From Octopus sinensis (Eukaryota), in the NCBI RefSeq assembly GCF_006345805.1, contig NC_043000.1, positions 31,496,001 to 31,560,000 on the forward strand: DNA of 64,000 nucleotides, given 5' to 3'. The translations under genes and the position numbers were made by a program. The notes below the pieces were generated by a model. The model had not been told where the DNA came from, did no database searches, and worked only from the letters and a program-made list of their open reading frames with translations. The stretch's first letter is position 1. Each line of letters opens with the position of its first letter. Below, in pieces: positions 25,693 to 38,725 of the stretch.

Positions 25693-25974
25693 CAGTAGAA
25701 TTTCGGTTTACGAACGCCTCACATCACGAACAAACCGGTTTATGAAGGATTACGGCGTCGCACGTTACGAATACGCAAACCGGTAACAATGACTGGCAAC
25801 CAGCTGGAAATATCAACGGGAGAGCGTCGGCTGCTGTTTAGTTTTTGTTCAGTGCACATCACGGCTCAAATTCACCGTGTCTTCTCTTAAATTTCCTATG
25901 GTTTCGGTTTACGAACATTTCGGGTGACGAACTGCTTTCAGGAACGAATTAAATTCGTAACAGAGGTTCCACTG
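25693..25974. mobile_element. Tigger/pogo-like MITE
   Basis: TIRs CAGTAGAATTTCGGTTTACGAA / TTCGTAACAGAGGTTCCACTG with TA on both sides. Confidence 0.8.
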
Positions 25975-26149
25975 TAATTGATAAACTGCGTCCACCTTTT
26001 AAGTACTATACCTTTATATCATCGTTTGACCTGCTAAAAATATCAACCGTGTTTTGGTATTTCTCATAGGAAGGATGCTGGGAGGATTGAAAAAGGTGGA
26101 GCATTTAGCATCTCCAACGAACGGATTACTCAGATAGATAAGGCCGTTA

Positions 26150-26620
26150 ATCCAAAAGCAGCTGGGGCGGGGGAGAGCCATTTTATATTCTGCATTAACT
26201 CCCTAATTGGCAGATGCAAATGTATCTGAAACCTAGACTCATCTTTCCAAAAGATATATTAATACTTTGACCAGACATGGTGCTTCTATCGAGGAGTATG
26301 AAGCACATTCATTGTGTTCCAACTGACTGTGACTTCGAAGGACAAACTTCACATTTCTCACCAACTATCAATATCAGAACTCGGATGTTCAGGCTTTTAT
26401 CAAAGAATGGAATATAGCCTGAGTCCCCATTCAAACGGTTGCTGCGGTTACCCAGCAAGATCGGTGCACTATTTTATGCAGAAGATTGATTTTGGAACCC
26501 AAACAACTGAAGGGACCCACTAGGGATAGCAACTGAGACCATAGCAAATGAGAACAACTCAAAATTGTTGATTGACGAAAGAAGGAACCGTTCTGTTGGC
26601 GAACTCTCAAGGAGCGAAAC
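26150..26620 (+). mobile_element. Gypsy LTR-retrotransposon integrase relic
   Basis: Frameshifted motifs QYQNSDVQAFIKEWNIA..SPHSNG..SVHYFMQK correspond to the integrase core G.QF.S..F..F...W.I....P.YP.SNG.AE region. Confidence 0.55.
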
Positions 26621-27976
26621 CCTTGTGACCATGAGGTACATGCTGAATATGCAGACGGGTTCCCTACACTACGATAACTTTAGTCACATCAAAAGAAAAG
26701 CTTACAACATCTTTGAATAGCTTGGAGCAAAGCGACTAAGGTATTTCACAAAGATGGGATTAACCATTTTGAATTTATTCAACACTATAGCGAAGAAAGA
26801 AACAGAATTACATAAATGCAAGCTCTATTTTGTTTTCGCATCAAAAGAATAGAGGAGAGAGGTGAAATTTTCGTTTTTGGTGGTGATGATGGAGTTCGGT
26901 ATTCGTCAGTATGAGAGTCATTGCCCTATGGTTTCACATCAAACAGTAGTCCCATGAACAAACCCAGTGGGTAGTTAGGCACTCCACTGGAGATGAATCT
27001 AGAGAAACTAAAATCTTTCTTTTAATTACTTTTGCCTTGGTCATCGCCAGAATCTTTATGAATTCCTCAAATAGGGTGGACAGTGGAGAAAATCCTGTCT
27101 ACCCAAACCACTAAACTTCACGCTTAGCAAACTGGTCCTCAACAGTGAAGAAGCATTGTATACATATCTAGGGTCGGGGTTTCGTTGACCAAGTAACAAT
27201 AATCTTTAATCACTCATTAGGGTTCGATCGCAACAATAGATCAATAATTGGAACTATTTCAAAATGTCTGAAACAAGAGACTTCAAAACAAAAATGAAAG
27301 AAAAAACCAAGAAGCAAAGAAACAGAAAGATCTATGGCACAGACCTTGCTCGACTTCTGCTCGTAATAACAAATATGTCTAAATATTTTTGGTGTTAATA
27401 TCTAAACATTTCATTTCTCTAAATGGCGTTAGTTATTCGTTTCACTACATTTTCCATTATGTTACACAGAACAAATCACATATTTACTCAGGCGAATTCT
27501 TTTATGGGTATATTTTTCTATTTTGTATTTATTGAAGAAGTATAGGCACAATTGTACACCTGAAAGACTTCATTTGTGATTAAATCTGCAGATTTCAAGA
27601 AAACTCCGCAGTAAATCTGTTCATTTCTACATCACAGTATGGTACATTGTTTCATAGAAGGAAAACTTATAATGAATTCCATCATAAAAACCCATTATTT
27701 ACACAACTCTTAGCTTTATTTGTCGTAGAACTATAAAATATTTTTGGAAAGTTATGGACTCCTTAAAAGTTATTTTATAACCAACTTACATAAAAATGTA
27801 TAGTTATGCCTGTTACATACATATACGTATACATTTGTACAAATATACATACATACACACATATACTCACATATATATATCTTCATACATACGTTTATAC
27901 ATATGTACATACATACATATACGCACGCACGCACACACACAAGACATATCTATATATCTTATACATATATATATAT

Positions 27977-28023
<47 letters not shown>

Positions 28024-28034
28024 TATATATATTA

Positions 28035-28066
<32 letters not shown>

Positions 28067-28229
28067 CAAGTACAGCTAGAAACAGCTTCTCCTTGAAGTG
28101 TATTCTGCTGAAAGCAAAAATCTTTTCCAGGTTTACACATTTTAATAATTTGTCATATATCTTTATGAGATTTTTTCATAGATGGGTGAATTTCAAAAGA
28201 TTTATCATCGCAAGCCCACACTGGTTTTG

Positions 28230-28900
28230 AATTTATATTTACGCTTCTATAAACCATATTGTCTCACTATTTTAATAGCAGAGATAGGGGTAGCGTTCAT
28301 ATTTGCTTTAGGCTTTTGCGAGGTTCGGAGATTTAAGTAGCTGGTATAGGTTTGGTGCCGTTAATGTTTGATTTGAAATGTTGTAAACCAGTCATTTAAG
28401 TGAAAATGCGGCTGGGGAATGTCTTCGAGGGATGAAGTTAACAGAAATATAGAGTTTAGTACGGAATCCCGAAGGTTGTGTGTAGCAATGGTTTGACGTG
28501 TATATAAAATAGTAGAGCACCCTTAAATTTAGAAAGCAAGGAACCCTGTTATTAAGGCTAGAACTCAATGTATTCAGGTAAAATACAAACGAAGAGCGTA
28601 CTGAACTAGAGGTCTACATTTCTGGAGAAGAAGAATGCTTAGTGTCAGGCCTGGAATGTAGAAAGCAGCTGGTTTAACAAGAAAAATAAAGCCCAAAGTG
28701 TAAGGTGGGTTTGGAAGGAATATACAGATAGCTGAATGAGAGCCATTTACAAGTGCCTGACAAGAAAAAGTTGGTTCAGTGAGCTAAGAATTGGTGTATG
28801 TTGATGAATAAAGCAGTGGTACCATCCCTGATGTGTGAGTCTTCAAATGTGTGTGTTAACTGAGTCAGTTTTTGTTCAAATCTCAACCATTTCCTCGACG
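28230..28900 (-). mobile_element. Probable Penelope-like RT-EN linker remnant
   Basis: IATHNLRDS.. and KSPNLAKA resemble the PLE ATHNP and RQPxNLK motifs; very decayed. Confidence 0.35.
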
Positions 28901-28947
28901 TAAAGAAGAAAACTATTTTTGCGATACAACTTATGTAATGATTTATA

Positions 28948-29320
28948 GTGGAGGCGAAATGGCCCAGTGTTTAGGGCAGCGGACTCGCGATCATACGATC
29001 GCGGTTTCGATTCCCAGACCGGGCGTTGTGAGTGTTTATTGAGCGAAAGCACCTAAATCTCCACGAGGCTCCGTTAGGCGGGGTGGCGAACCCTGTTGTA
29101 TTCTTTCACCACAATTTTCACTGTTCCTGTTTTTATTGTACCTATATTTCAAAGGGGCCAGCCTTGTTACACTCTGTGTCACGCTGAATCTCCCCGAGAA
29201 CTACATTAAGGGTACACGTATCTGTGGAGTGCTCAGCCACTTGCACGTTAATTTTACGAACAGGCTGTTCCGTTGATCGGATCAACTGGAACCCTCGTCG
29301 TCGTAACCGACGGAGCTCCG
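28948..29320 (+). mobile_element. SINE family 3, tail type beta
   Basis: Family 3 head plus TTCAAAGGGGCCAGCC..GTAACCGACGGAG tail; same type at 50587-50965. Confidence 0.9.
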
Positions 29321-29894
29321 CTTAATGGTTTATACAGAAGGACGGCATCAGATTTCAAAAATATTTATCTGTGAGTGTTGTGGATACGATTCTAGGTGTA
29401 TGAGTTTGTATGAGTTTATAAAAGATAAGTAAAAGATCTGGATTAAAATATTCTCTCGCTTCAAAAGAGAACCAACTGTGATATTGTCTTGGTCATGTAA
29501 GATGTTTGGATCTCCCTGATAGGTGATCGCAGGTTGCTGTGTCTAGCATCGTAGACTGAACTGTGGTTGGTTGAAGAGTTGAAAGTGAGAGGAAATAATG
29601 TGGGATTATACAGTGTTGTTACCTCGCATGTTAATGAAATATATCTTACCATGATAACTACCGTTAGATGAAGTGGCTAACGAAGAACGGAATAAGTATA
29701 TTGCAGGCACAAGCTAATGTTTTTCGCAGAAAAGTGTCTGAAAATCCGTTGTGGATGGGCACTCAATGATTCCGGCAGCTGAGATTTGACTTTCCACTCC
29801 CCACTTCTCTCTCTCTCTCTTTCCCGATATGCATACACATATAACCGCACACACACACACACGTGTGTGTGTGTGTGGTGTATTCCTCTTGGCC

Positions 29895-30775
29895 ATGCTA
29901 CTTTGTAAGAATTTGTAGACTACAGGAGAGATCTTGTATATCTCAAGGGCCTTGAGTACCCAGTTACGTGGGTCACTATCAAACGCTTTCCTCTAGTTTA
30001 TCAATGTTATACTAAGGTGCTTTGTTTTTCTCCTGAAATCATTTTATTTATGAGTAATTGATCTTTGCATCCATAAGAATTCTTTTTACAACCTTTTTGA
30101 GTTTGTGGAAGGATTGATCTCTGTTCAAGGAAAGCGTTAATATGGATGTGAAGAACTTGAAGATGTAATTGGTCGGTCGTTCTTTGGATTTTTCGTGTCT
30201 TCAATTTTTGGTACAAGGTGTGTTGTTCCTTCAGTCAATCAGGCAAGTATTTGCTCTGGGTTGTGGATGACATCAGTTGGGGATGCAGCAAAATATTGGC
30301 ATACTTCTGTCAAACAATTCAGCCAGAAGTTAGGGATCCGGTCCATTCCTGGGGTTTTCCATTTGTGAAACTTTCTAAGTTCTTCTACTCCTGTTCCTTC
30401 CCATTTCTGCTCTTCAACTTCATCCAATCTCACTTTCTCACGCTCTATCCAGTCAGTTTTAACGTTATGTTCTATTTTGTTGCTCCAGATCTTCTTCTAG
30501 AACTTTTCAATTTCCTCCGTCTTAGTTGCTTCCTTTACTTCTATCTTGTTTTTGCCAATTTCCCTATGAAATTTCTTTGCATCCGTCCTGAATGCCATTT
30601 TTTGTCGATAAAATTCGATTCTTTTGTCTTACCTTCGAAGCCGTTGGGCTTTCAGTTGTATTCGTGGTTTCACTAGTTCGTTGGTTTGACGTAGGTTTAT
30701 AAAGTTTGCGATTTTATATTTTTGCTAGATTTTTCTAGCTTGTTTCGTCTTAACATTTACTCCGCTAGCAAGTTC
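29895..30775 (-). mobile_element. R4/Dong-clade LINE fragment (pre-RT to RT N-half)
   Basis: FHKWKTPGMDRIPNFWL, RPIT, QKGCKKNSYGCKDQLLINKMI and KAFDS motifs. Confidence 0.85.
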
Positions 30776-30778
<3 letters not shown>

Positions 30779-30842
<64 letters not shown>

Positions 30843-30843
30843 A
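30779..30843. repeat. (TTA)n microsatellite between Dong-like fragments
   Basis: Direct reading. Confidence 0.95.
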
Positions 30844-31059
30844 TTTTCATTAGCATCTATCAATTCCGTTTCCATTTCTTGCCGAGTGTCTTCCTCACAC
30901 ATAGGACAGAGAAACGTGCTGTATACATTGATAGGCCAATAAAACAAGCACGCGATATTGTTCATTTACAGAGTCATGTAATAGAGAAAAGGGGGAAGAC
31001 AGAGAGTAAAAGGAAAAAATACAAAAATCGAAAAGTAAACAAATAAAATAAAGGTGGGT

Positions 31060-31815
31060 GGGGAAGCAAAATTCACAGTGACGATGTTCTTCTTGATACC
31101 TGTCACATACCAGTTAAGACAACCTTTTGCACTTCTTGTATGGATGGTAAGCCAGGGATCATTCTTAAATAATTTTCAGTTCCTTTTTTTATCATTCCAA
31201 TTGCTCCTACAATCACTGGTGTTGTAACTGTCTTGAGATGCCACATCTTTTCCATTATCAAATTGTTATATTTTCTGAACTCGTCAAATTCTTTTTGCCG
31301 AGATATTGTCGTCACATGCCGATCAATAAATAGACTTTATTCTTTTGATCTTTCGCAACAATATCTGGTTTATTTGCTTTGATGGTCCGGTATGTACATA
31401 CTGGGAAGTCCCAAAGAATAGTTACATTTTCTCCCTCAGTTACAGCCTCAGGCGGTGTTCGTACCACTTGTCAGCAGTTTTGATTTTATAATGTCGACAC
31501 ATTATCCAATATAGATATTGACCAACTCTGTCAAATCTTGATTTGTATTCTACAGGTGTTAAGACCTTCCATCCGGAGATTAGGTGGTCCACTATTTCTA
31601 TCTCATAGTTCCAGAATCGGCACTTTGGGTCAACACTATTTTTCATCACATTGGCTAGTTATTATTTTATGTTTGACTTTTGCTTTGTGTTTATACAAGT
31701 TGACTCCAAGTCTCACCCAGAGACCTCAAGAGAGTTGTCTCTTGAGGTCTCTGGGTGAAGTTCATGTTGGTGTGATGCCTAGGGTGTCACATTCGAGTTA
31801 CCTCTATTTCCATGT
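31060..31815 (-). mobile_element. R4/Dong-clade LINE 3' fragment (zinc knuckle + RLE)
   Basis: DPKCRF..EIVDHLISG..DRVGQYLYW..WYEH; NKPDIV; EKMWHLKTVTTPVIVGAIGMI..QEVQKVVLTG. Confidence 0.9.
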
Positions 31816-31842
31816 CTCATTATTATTATTATTATTATTATT

Positions 31843-32700
31843 TAAATATCACACAGTATCCAATATCATGATGTTGTTGAGTGAAGATATTGTTTGTACC
31901 GGGCATTTGTACTTTCTGACAAATCATAACAAAGACCTCAGATAGTATTTTACGCAGTTCCAAGTAATGCAAATTTTTGCAGATCTCATGGAATAAATCC
32001 ACTCAGCATTGTGGTTGTGGGAAAATTCTTTGCCCCAAATGTTATTCCAAAATTGGCAGGTTTCCTCTGCTTCTGGAGGTATATTATGTTCTGTATCTCC
32101 TACTAAGCTCTTACAAAACTGTCTCTGGTTATTTGAGAATAACCTCTTTTGATGGAACTGCGATATGCGATCAGTGTAGCGTTGCACCTTTAATGTATTC
32201 GTCTTCATACGTTGTTTTAGGATTTCGATAACAGTTTTGAACCCTTTCTTTTCTATTTGGCATTTCGCGTCAAGATATGCCCTTGCACCTTTTAGCATTT
32301 TCCCATTGCCCTTTGGACCATTCTGCTATGCGACTCAGATCTTTACGCAAAGTTTTAATTTTGGCTTCAACTCTTCGCTTCCACCATGGCTCCTCTCCGT
32401 CTGATTTCCTCTCTTTCTTTCCAACTAGTTCAGCAACTAAAACTGAAGCGGATCTGATCATGTCCCTTGTTTCCGTTTGATCTTTTGTCAGAATGTATTT
32501 CAGAATCTCTTCAACATTTTGTGTCGCGCGTTTCACATTGTTACAGTCGAAGCATCTTAAATTCCCCGGCGGCTTGGTCTCTGCTTTTGTAACTATTATA
32601 TCCTCGAGTCTTGTTCTGGGGTTTCTCTTTCCCTCAGACATATTCTCTCGTAATACACGGTTTTCTACATTACACTGAGTGGCCGGCCTTTCCTCTACTA
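31843..32700 (-). mobile_element. R4/Dong-clade LINE, internally deleted, with 3' UTR and (TAA)n tail
   Basis: 5' ORF region (PWWKRRVEAKIKTLRKDLS; FWNNIWGKE..HNAEW) fused near 31990 to LQK.ALLGTA* and the 3' UTR; about 90% identical to 63800-64000 and homologous to 62080-62220. Confidence 0.85.
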
Positions 32701-32759
32701 CAACCCCACCTTGCCTACGAATTCAATGATTGGACGGCTTATATCTATCTATCTATCTG

Positions 32760-32833
<74 letters not shown>

Positions 32834-34758
32834 ATTATTGGTAACAAAATCCTATTTACTTGGTAACTTGTTTGCCCCTAGGGCGGTAACATTTCTTCGG
32901 GTTTCGAAGCAAAGAAACATTCAATAATCATTCTAAACATCTTCACAATTAATACACTTTTCTCCCTTTAAATAATGTTACACAGCTATGGAAGATGATA
33001 ATTAGATGGTGTAATATCAGGACATGGGGGGTTTTGCGTTATCGTGAAAGAGCAACACCCCTTTCCCAGCTTTCCAGGGTTAAGCGGAGTTGGAAATACA
33101 ATCCACGTTTACCAAAACTCACAAATCAAAGCTATTTCATATTTCTTTACTTTCATTATTTTAGAACCTTTCGAATAGTTCTTTTATTGAAGTCAAAGCG
33201 ATGTTTCTGCTAGTTGTTTTCGTTTTCAAATCGAATCCCTCCGAACTCAAAAGTGCTACTTTCGCACTTAAATTACAGAATAATAACATTCAATTTTCCT
33301 TGTAAATATTTAAAAGTTATTTCGCTAATCTCTATAGATTTCTTTTCATATTTCAGTGTTGCATAAGATTCCATATTACTTAAAAAAACATGCACATAAG
33401 TACACACACACACACACAATGATATGCAAATGCAAGATCCAAAAGATCCAGGTATAGGAAGTAAGCTTCAAGCAGTCCGTAGAAGGTATAAGAATCATCT
33501 TCCAGGGACGATAGTGGTTTATTGGCGTAGAAGGTTGTAAAGTTTTCCCGTATAGAAGTTCGATAAGCTGAAAAAAAAGTTTTGTTGTTGCTCACGGTTA
33601 GCAACTAGGGTTGCTATGTATGCGAATAAAAATCCAAATTGAAGGAATAGATCAGGAAAAATCCAGGCTACACATGTTTCCTAGCTAGCAGAACCTCGGA
33701 AATAATAATTATGGTTACATTATCGTCAAGGGATCGCAAGTTTACTCGCTGGAGATTTCGATCAAATCTCTAGTATTTATGCAAGTATATATTTATATCA
33801 AATACGACAGAATGCCCATTCCCAGACTATATCCCACACGTTTGAAGAAAGATGTGTTAATTTCTCCTTCTTCACTGTTCCCCATGATTAATAGCGAACT
33901 AGTAATATATTCTTATCGACAAGCAAATATTTATATGTTGTGATTATTTTCAAAACGCCATTTGTATTACGATCATATATTTCGGTATTTGAGAATGATG
34001 CTGTGGCTACTGTCATACATCTAAAACGTATCTTATTTCATGTGAGATGGCGCCAAGTGTAAATCAATTTTGTTATTGTTGTTGTTACTTCCATTATTTT
34101 ACCTAAATAGATTTTGAATGTTAGTTAATGACTTTGCTTCTTATCCAGTTTCATGTTGAGGGAATGGCAAATCGCGAGTAAAGTAGATGCTATGTTGTCT
34201 ACTTAGCCTGGCTGCTACTTTCAACGATGTTGTTGCCAACTATGATTAAAGATTCACTGATTTAAGTGGAAATTCACTGAAATCTCGATCCTTCAAGACG
34301 TTTGATGTTTGACGCGGGGTTTAATCGTATGCTTTTTGTTTTTGTTTTTTTTAATGTCAAAAACAAACAACAAATATAAAACAGTGTACGTCATGCAAAG
34401 AGGGTGAGAGCAAGAGTGAGGAAGAGAGACAGGCTGACAGACAGAAAGAGAGTTGGGAGAAGGAGAATGGGATAACAGGATGCCCAAAAAGATAAACAGA
34501 CAGATAAACAGGCAGATAAATTTAGATAGACAGATAGAAAGAGAGAGAGAGAAAGATGGAAGAAAATGAGGTAGATGACAGGAAAGCGGGATAGATAGAC
34601 ATTTAGAGAGAGAGAGAGAGAGGAAGGAAAAGTGAGCTAGAGATATGCATGGAAAGATACAGAGAAAGAGAGGGAGAGAGAGAAAGAGTGAGATAGAGAA
34701 CTTCTATGTAAATCTGATCGACAAATATACTTTAATTTGTGTGCACACAAAACTCACG

Positions 34759-34835
<77 letters not shown>

Positions 34836-35789
34836 GGAAATGAAGAAAATGCTGACAAAATAATTTAAGTAATTTAAGTAATTTAATTAGGTGAAAGTTC
34901 TTTTTACCGGTTGCGCATTTGTTATGCTTATCAAAAGATTAGAATTCCTTTCTGATAGATTTTTTCCTCATATATTATAAATACGTGTGTGTGTATGTGT
35001 GTAGTCGTTCAAGAATCCATAAATCAGAAAAATATGTACCCATATTTGTCAATAGAATTGGTGTATTAATCAGTGTTTAGTATTATATACCAATTAAGGC
35101 CAACTTTACCAATCAGCTTTGCATTACGTGTTAAACCGGGTGTTAGATAACAGCTCGGTTATATAATAGCATGTATTCGTCACAGCTAGCAGACATGGGA
35201 CAAAAATTAATGTACCTGCTCTTTGTTACTGGAGGTAAAAAGACCGCATATGGCTTTTGGATGCTGTGAAAAAAGAGAAAACGAACGAAAAAAACGGTCT
35301 TATAAAGAGTTATGTACCTTGGCTTTAAAGATTTCTGAGATGCTGTAAGCTTATAAAAGTTCTCTGAAAATGTGTGTAAAGATTGGTGAATGCATTCGTG
35401 TAGGGTTGTTATGTGTAGTGTTTTTACGAGGGATGAAGTGCTGTGCGAGAGCCCGATCGCTTAAGAATTTTAATCATACGCGATGGACTGCAGGTTCCAT
35501 GCTCTGATTGTGCAGTAAGCGGGCGGGCTTGCATAGTCGGCGATCCGGCGCTTTCAGGCTCCATTGATATGTATAAACCGTATGGTACAACGCGAACAGA
35601 GACGAGAAGGAAACGTTAAGAAACGTTTCACGGGAAAGGGAGATAAATGTTACTTCCCTTTACCCCGTAAATGAAGAATATTATTAATATTGATGATTAA
35701 ATCAAAAAAATAAAATAAAAGTGGCGGTAGTTGAATGGGGAAAGGGTGAAGTACGTTAAGCTGTCTAATCCGGGGAAATGAGGGCTTTC

Positions 35790-36650
35790 AGTTCGATAAC
35801 AGAAGCTGGTGGAGATGCATACATTTTGTAAACATTTCTGATCTCGAGATTAGAAGCTCAGTGCACTTCTTCAATTTGTATTTCTGCCATAGAGAGCGGA
35901 CACTTTTATGACCCATTAGTGTAAAACCTTGTTTTCTCAACAAATTTCTACCTACTAATGTATGACATATTGCAGTCCTTCGAGTTACATATATGACTTG
36001 CTAGCTTTGTGCTTTTCCATTTGTCTAAGTGTTTGAAATAACGGTGATTGTTGCTGCATCTGTTTTTGAAGTGACTTTCCCCGCAGACCAACATTTGTTT
36101 TGCTTTTCGCTTCCTTTATTTGGCGGATCAGAGGTGACTTTGGCTTTGTAGACGACTGTGGTAACCATACATGCTTATTCTACTTAGCCAGTAACTTGGT
36201 TGCTGTTTGTGTCAGTCTAAAGCAGACTTTTGGGTTGACTTACGTGAGATGATGCTTTGCAAATCAGGCTAACAATTGTGAGAAACTTTCACAGAGTATC
36301 AACTGATTATTTCTTACATCTATACCTACCCGGAATATGTTTGTCCACCAAAACTAGGAATTCGTTACCAACATTAGTCCAAAATTTCAAGGGTAGTGGT
36401 GGAGGGAACGATATAACTTTACTAAATCTATTTTAAAGCTGGGTTCTTGTTTACACTATATCCCCTTTTAAAGTAGTCGGTGAGGGTGATACTGTGGTAA
36501 GGAGCTGCCTTATCAAAACTTGCTTCTGAGGAAGAGTGGTTTGTGATCCTGTTCCTAACGCCCGTCTTATCACTGCACAATCCAAACGTGAAACTTGAAA
36601 TATCCATAAATAACCCCTCTCTTAAAAGACAAAACAAAACAGTGACATAC
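35790..36650 (-). mobile_element. Penelope-like element, RT C-terminus to GIY-YIG endonuclease end (decayed)
   Basis: RITNHSSSEASFDKAAPY; TNVG.EFL.LVDKH; VVYKAKVT..VG..FKNR..NH; LLISRSEMFTKCMHLHQLLLSN*. Confidence 0.8.
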
Positions 36651-36706
36651 ATACATACATACATACATACATACATACATACATACTTACATATATTCGT
36701 TGTGTG

Positions 36707-36767
<61 letters not shown>

Positions 36768-36901
36768 GGCATTATACATACATGCCAGGAGGCATTCTAC
36801 ATACACGCCATACGCTAAGAGGGACAATCAGTCATTTCTACAAAAAAATATTACTAATCCACCGAATGCAATTTTTCAAAGAAAGACATTTAAAAATATA
36901 T

Positions 36902-36949
36902 AGACCTGTATCGCAGTGATTTCATACTTACGTAATCATCAGCAGGCCT
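36902..36949 (-). ncRNA. Type I hammerhead ribozyme (array copy 1)
   Basis: AGGCCUG CUGAUGA UUAC GUAA GUAU GAAA UC ACUGC G AUA CAGGUCU: 7-bp P1, GNRA-capped P2, 3-bp P3, AUA site. Confidence 0.8.
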
Positions 36950-37602
36950 GAATATACTATAAATAAACAACGACCCCGCTTCGCTTAAGCCGATCAGCTA
37001 ACTGATCAACATCAACGAGGCACATGGTGAGTTTATATATACTTATCCGGAGAATGGCAACTTTTACGAATTGCATTTCGGGAGAGGAAAAGTTTTTTCG
37101 GAATAAAAATTTAGCAATTAAGGACAACTACTTAATAAGAAAATTACAAGAAATTGTCAGGTAGATAGCGTAAAAACCTCATAAGAGAAAAATTTCGAAA
37201 ATAATTATTTCTTATTGAACATATCATTTATATATAGAGGCATTATACATATGATTGTCCCTTAGCGTATGGCGTGTATGTAGAATGCTCTGGCATGTAT
37301 GTATAATGCCCTCTATATATAACTGAATATGTTCAATAAGATAATAATATTTTCGAAATTTTTTCTCTTATGAGGTTTTTACGCTATCTACCTGCCAATT
37401 TCTTGTTAAGTTTTCCTTATTAAGTAGTTGTCCTTAATGCTAAATTTATTCCGAAAAAATTTTCTCTCCCGAAATGCAATTCGTAAAAGTTTGCCATTCA
37501 TCCGGATAAGTATATATAAACTCAACCATGTGCCTCGTGAGTTGATCATAGCTGATCGGCTTATTAAGCGAAGCGGGGTCGTTGTTTATTTATAGTATAT
37601 TC

Positions 37603-37649
37603 AGCTGCTGATGATTACGTAAGTATGAAATCACTGCGATACCAGGTCT
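37603..37649 (+). ncRNA. Type I hammerhead ribozyme (array copy 2; P1 disrupted by indels)
   Basis: Same core as the other copies; AGCTG and ACCAGG carry small indels. Confidence 0.65.
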
Positions 37650-38079
37650 ATATATTTTTAAATGTCTTTCTTTGAAAAATTGCATTCGGTGGGATTAGTA
37701 ATATTTTTGGTAGAAATACTGATTGTCCCTCTTAGCGTATGGCGTGTATGTAGAATGCCTCCTGGCATGTATGTATAATGCCCTCTATATATAAATGAAT
37801 ATGTTCAATAAGAAATAATTATTTTCGAAATTTTTTCTCTTATGAGGTTTTTACGCTATCTACCTGACAATTTCTTGTTAAGTTTTCTTATTAAGTAGTT
37901 GTCCTTAATTGCTAAATTTTTATTCCGAAAAACTTTTCCTCTCCCGAAATGCAATTCGTAAAAGTTTGCCATTCATCCGGATATAGTATATATAAACTCA
38001 ACCATGTGCCTCGTTGATGTTGATCAGTTAGCTGATCGGCTTAAGCGAAGCGGGGTCGTTGTTTATTTATAGTATATTC

Positions 38080-38127
38080 AGGCCTGCTGATGATTACGTA
38101 AGTATGAAATCACTGCGATACAGGTCT
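38080..38127 (+). ncRNA. Type I hammerhead ribozyme (array copy 3; predicted cut after 38120)
   Basis: Identical to the 36902-36949 motif. Confidence 0.8.
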
Positions 38128-38394
38128 ATATATTTTTAAATGTCTTTCTTTGAAAAATTGCATTCGGTGGGATTAGTAATATTTTTGGTAGAAATGACTG
38201 ATTGTCCCTCTTAGCGTATGGCGTGTATGTAGAATGCCTCCTGGCATGTATGTATAATGCCCTCTATATATAAATGAATATGTTCAATAAGAAATAATTA
38301 TTTTCGAAATTTTTTCTCTTATGAGGTTTTTACGCTATCTACCTGACAATTTCTTGTTAAGTTTTCCTTATTAAGTAGTTGTCCTTAATTGCTA

Positions 38395-38415
38395 TATATA
38401 TATATATATATATAT

Positions 38416-38458
<43 letters not shown>

Positions 38459-38459
38459 A

Positions 38460-38555
<96 letters not shown>
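38395..38555. repeat. (TA)n-(GATA)n microsatellite
   Basis: Direct reading. Confidence 0.95.
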
Positions 38556-38556
<1 letters not shown>

Positions 38557-38725
38557 CAGATAGATAGAGTTTACGAAAAAAACAAACGACGAAGACAGGC
38601 GGTGTACAAGACAAACAGATGTATTAGTATAACGCTCAGGAATAGAAAAAGTCTTTTACGTTTCGAGCCTACGCTCTTCTACAGGAAGGGACACAGAAAA
38701 AACAAGGAGAGAAAAAAGGAGAGGA
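38555..38725 (-). mobile_element. Family F copy 2 (HHR-like motif 38653-38688)
   Basis: Minus: CUUC CUGUAGA A GAGC GUAG GCUC GAAAC GUA AAAG. Confidence 0.8.

Larger units (their letters stand above)
36762..38393. repeat. ~479-bp unit array: one minus copy (36762-37250) followed by ~2.4 plus copies in tandem (37251-38393)
   Basis: GATTGTCCC anchors at 37253, 37721 and 38200; the left arm is the reverse complement; bounded by (TA)n on both sides. Confidence 0.95.

Noticed and set aside
33380-35564. Possible two-exon minus-strand gene (ATG 35564, GTATGA donor at 35479, TTTTTTTTCAG acceptor at 33568, phases compatible)
   Set aside because: Weak donor context, no recognisable protein, and the CpG-rich first 'exon' lies in the 3' flank of the PLE at 35790-36650; RNA-seq would be needed.
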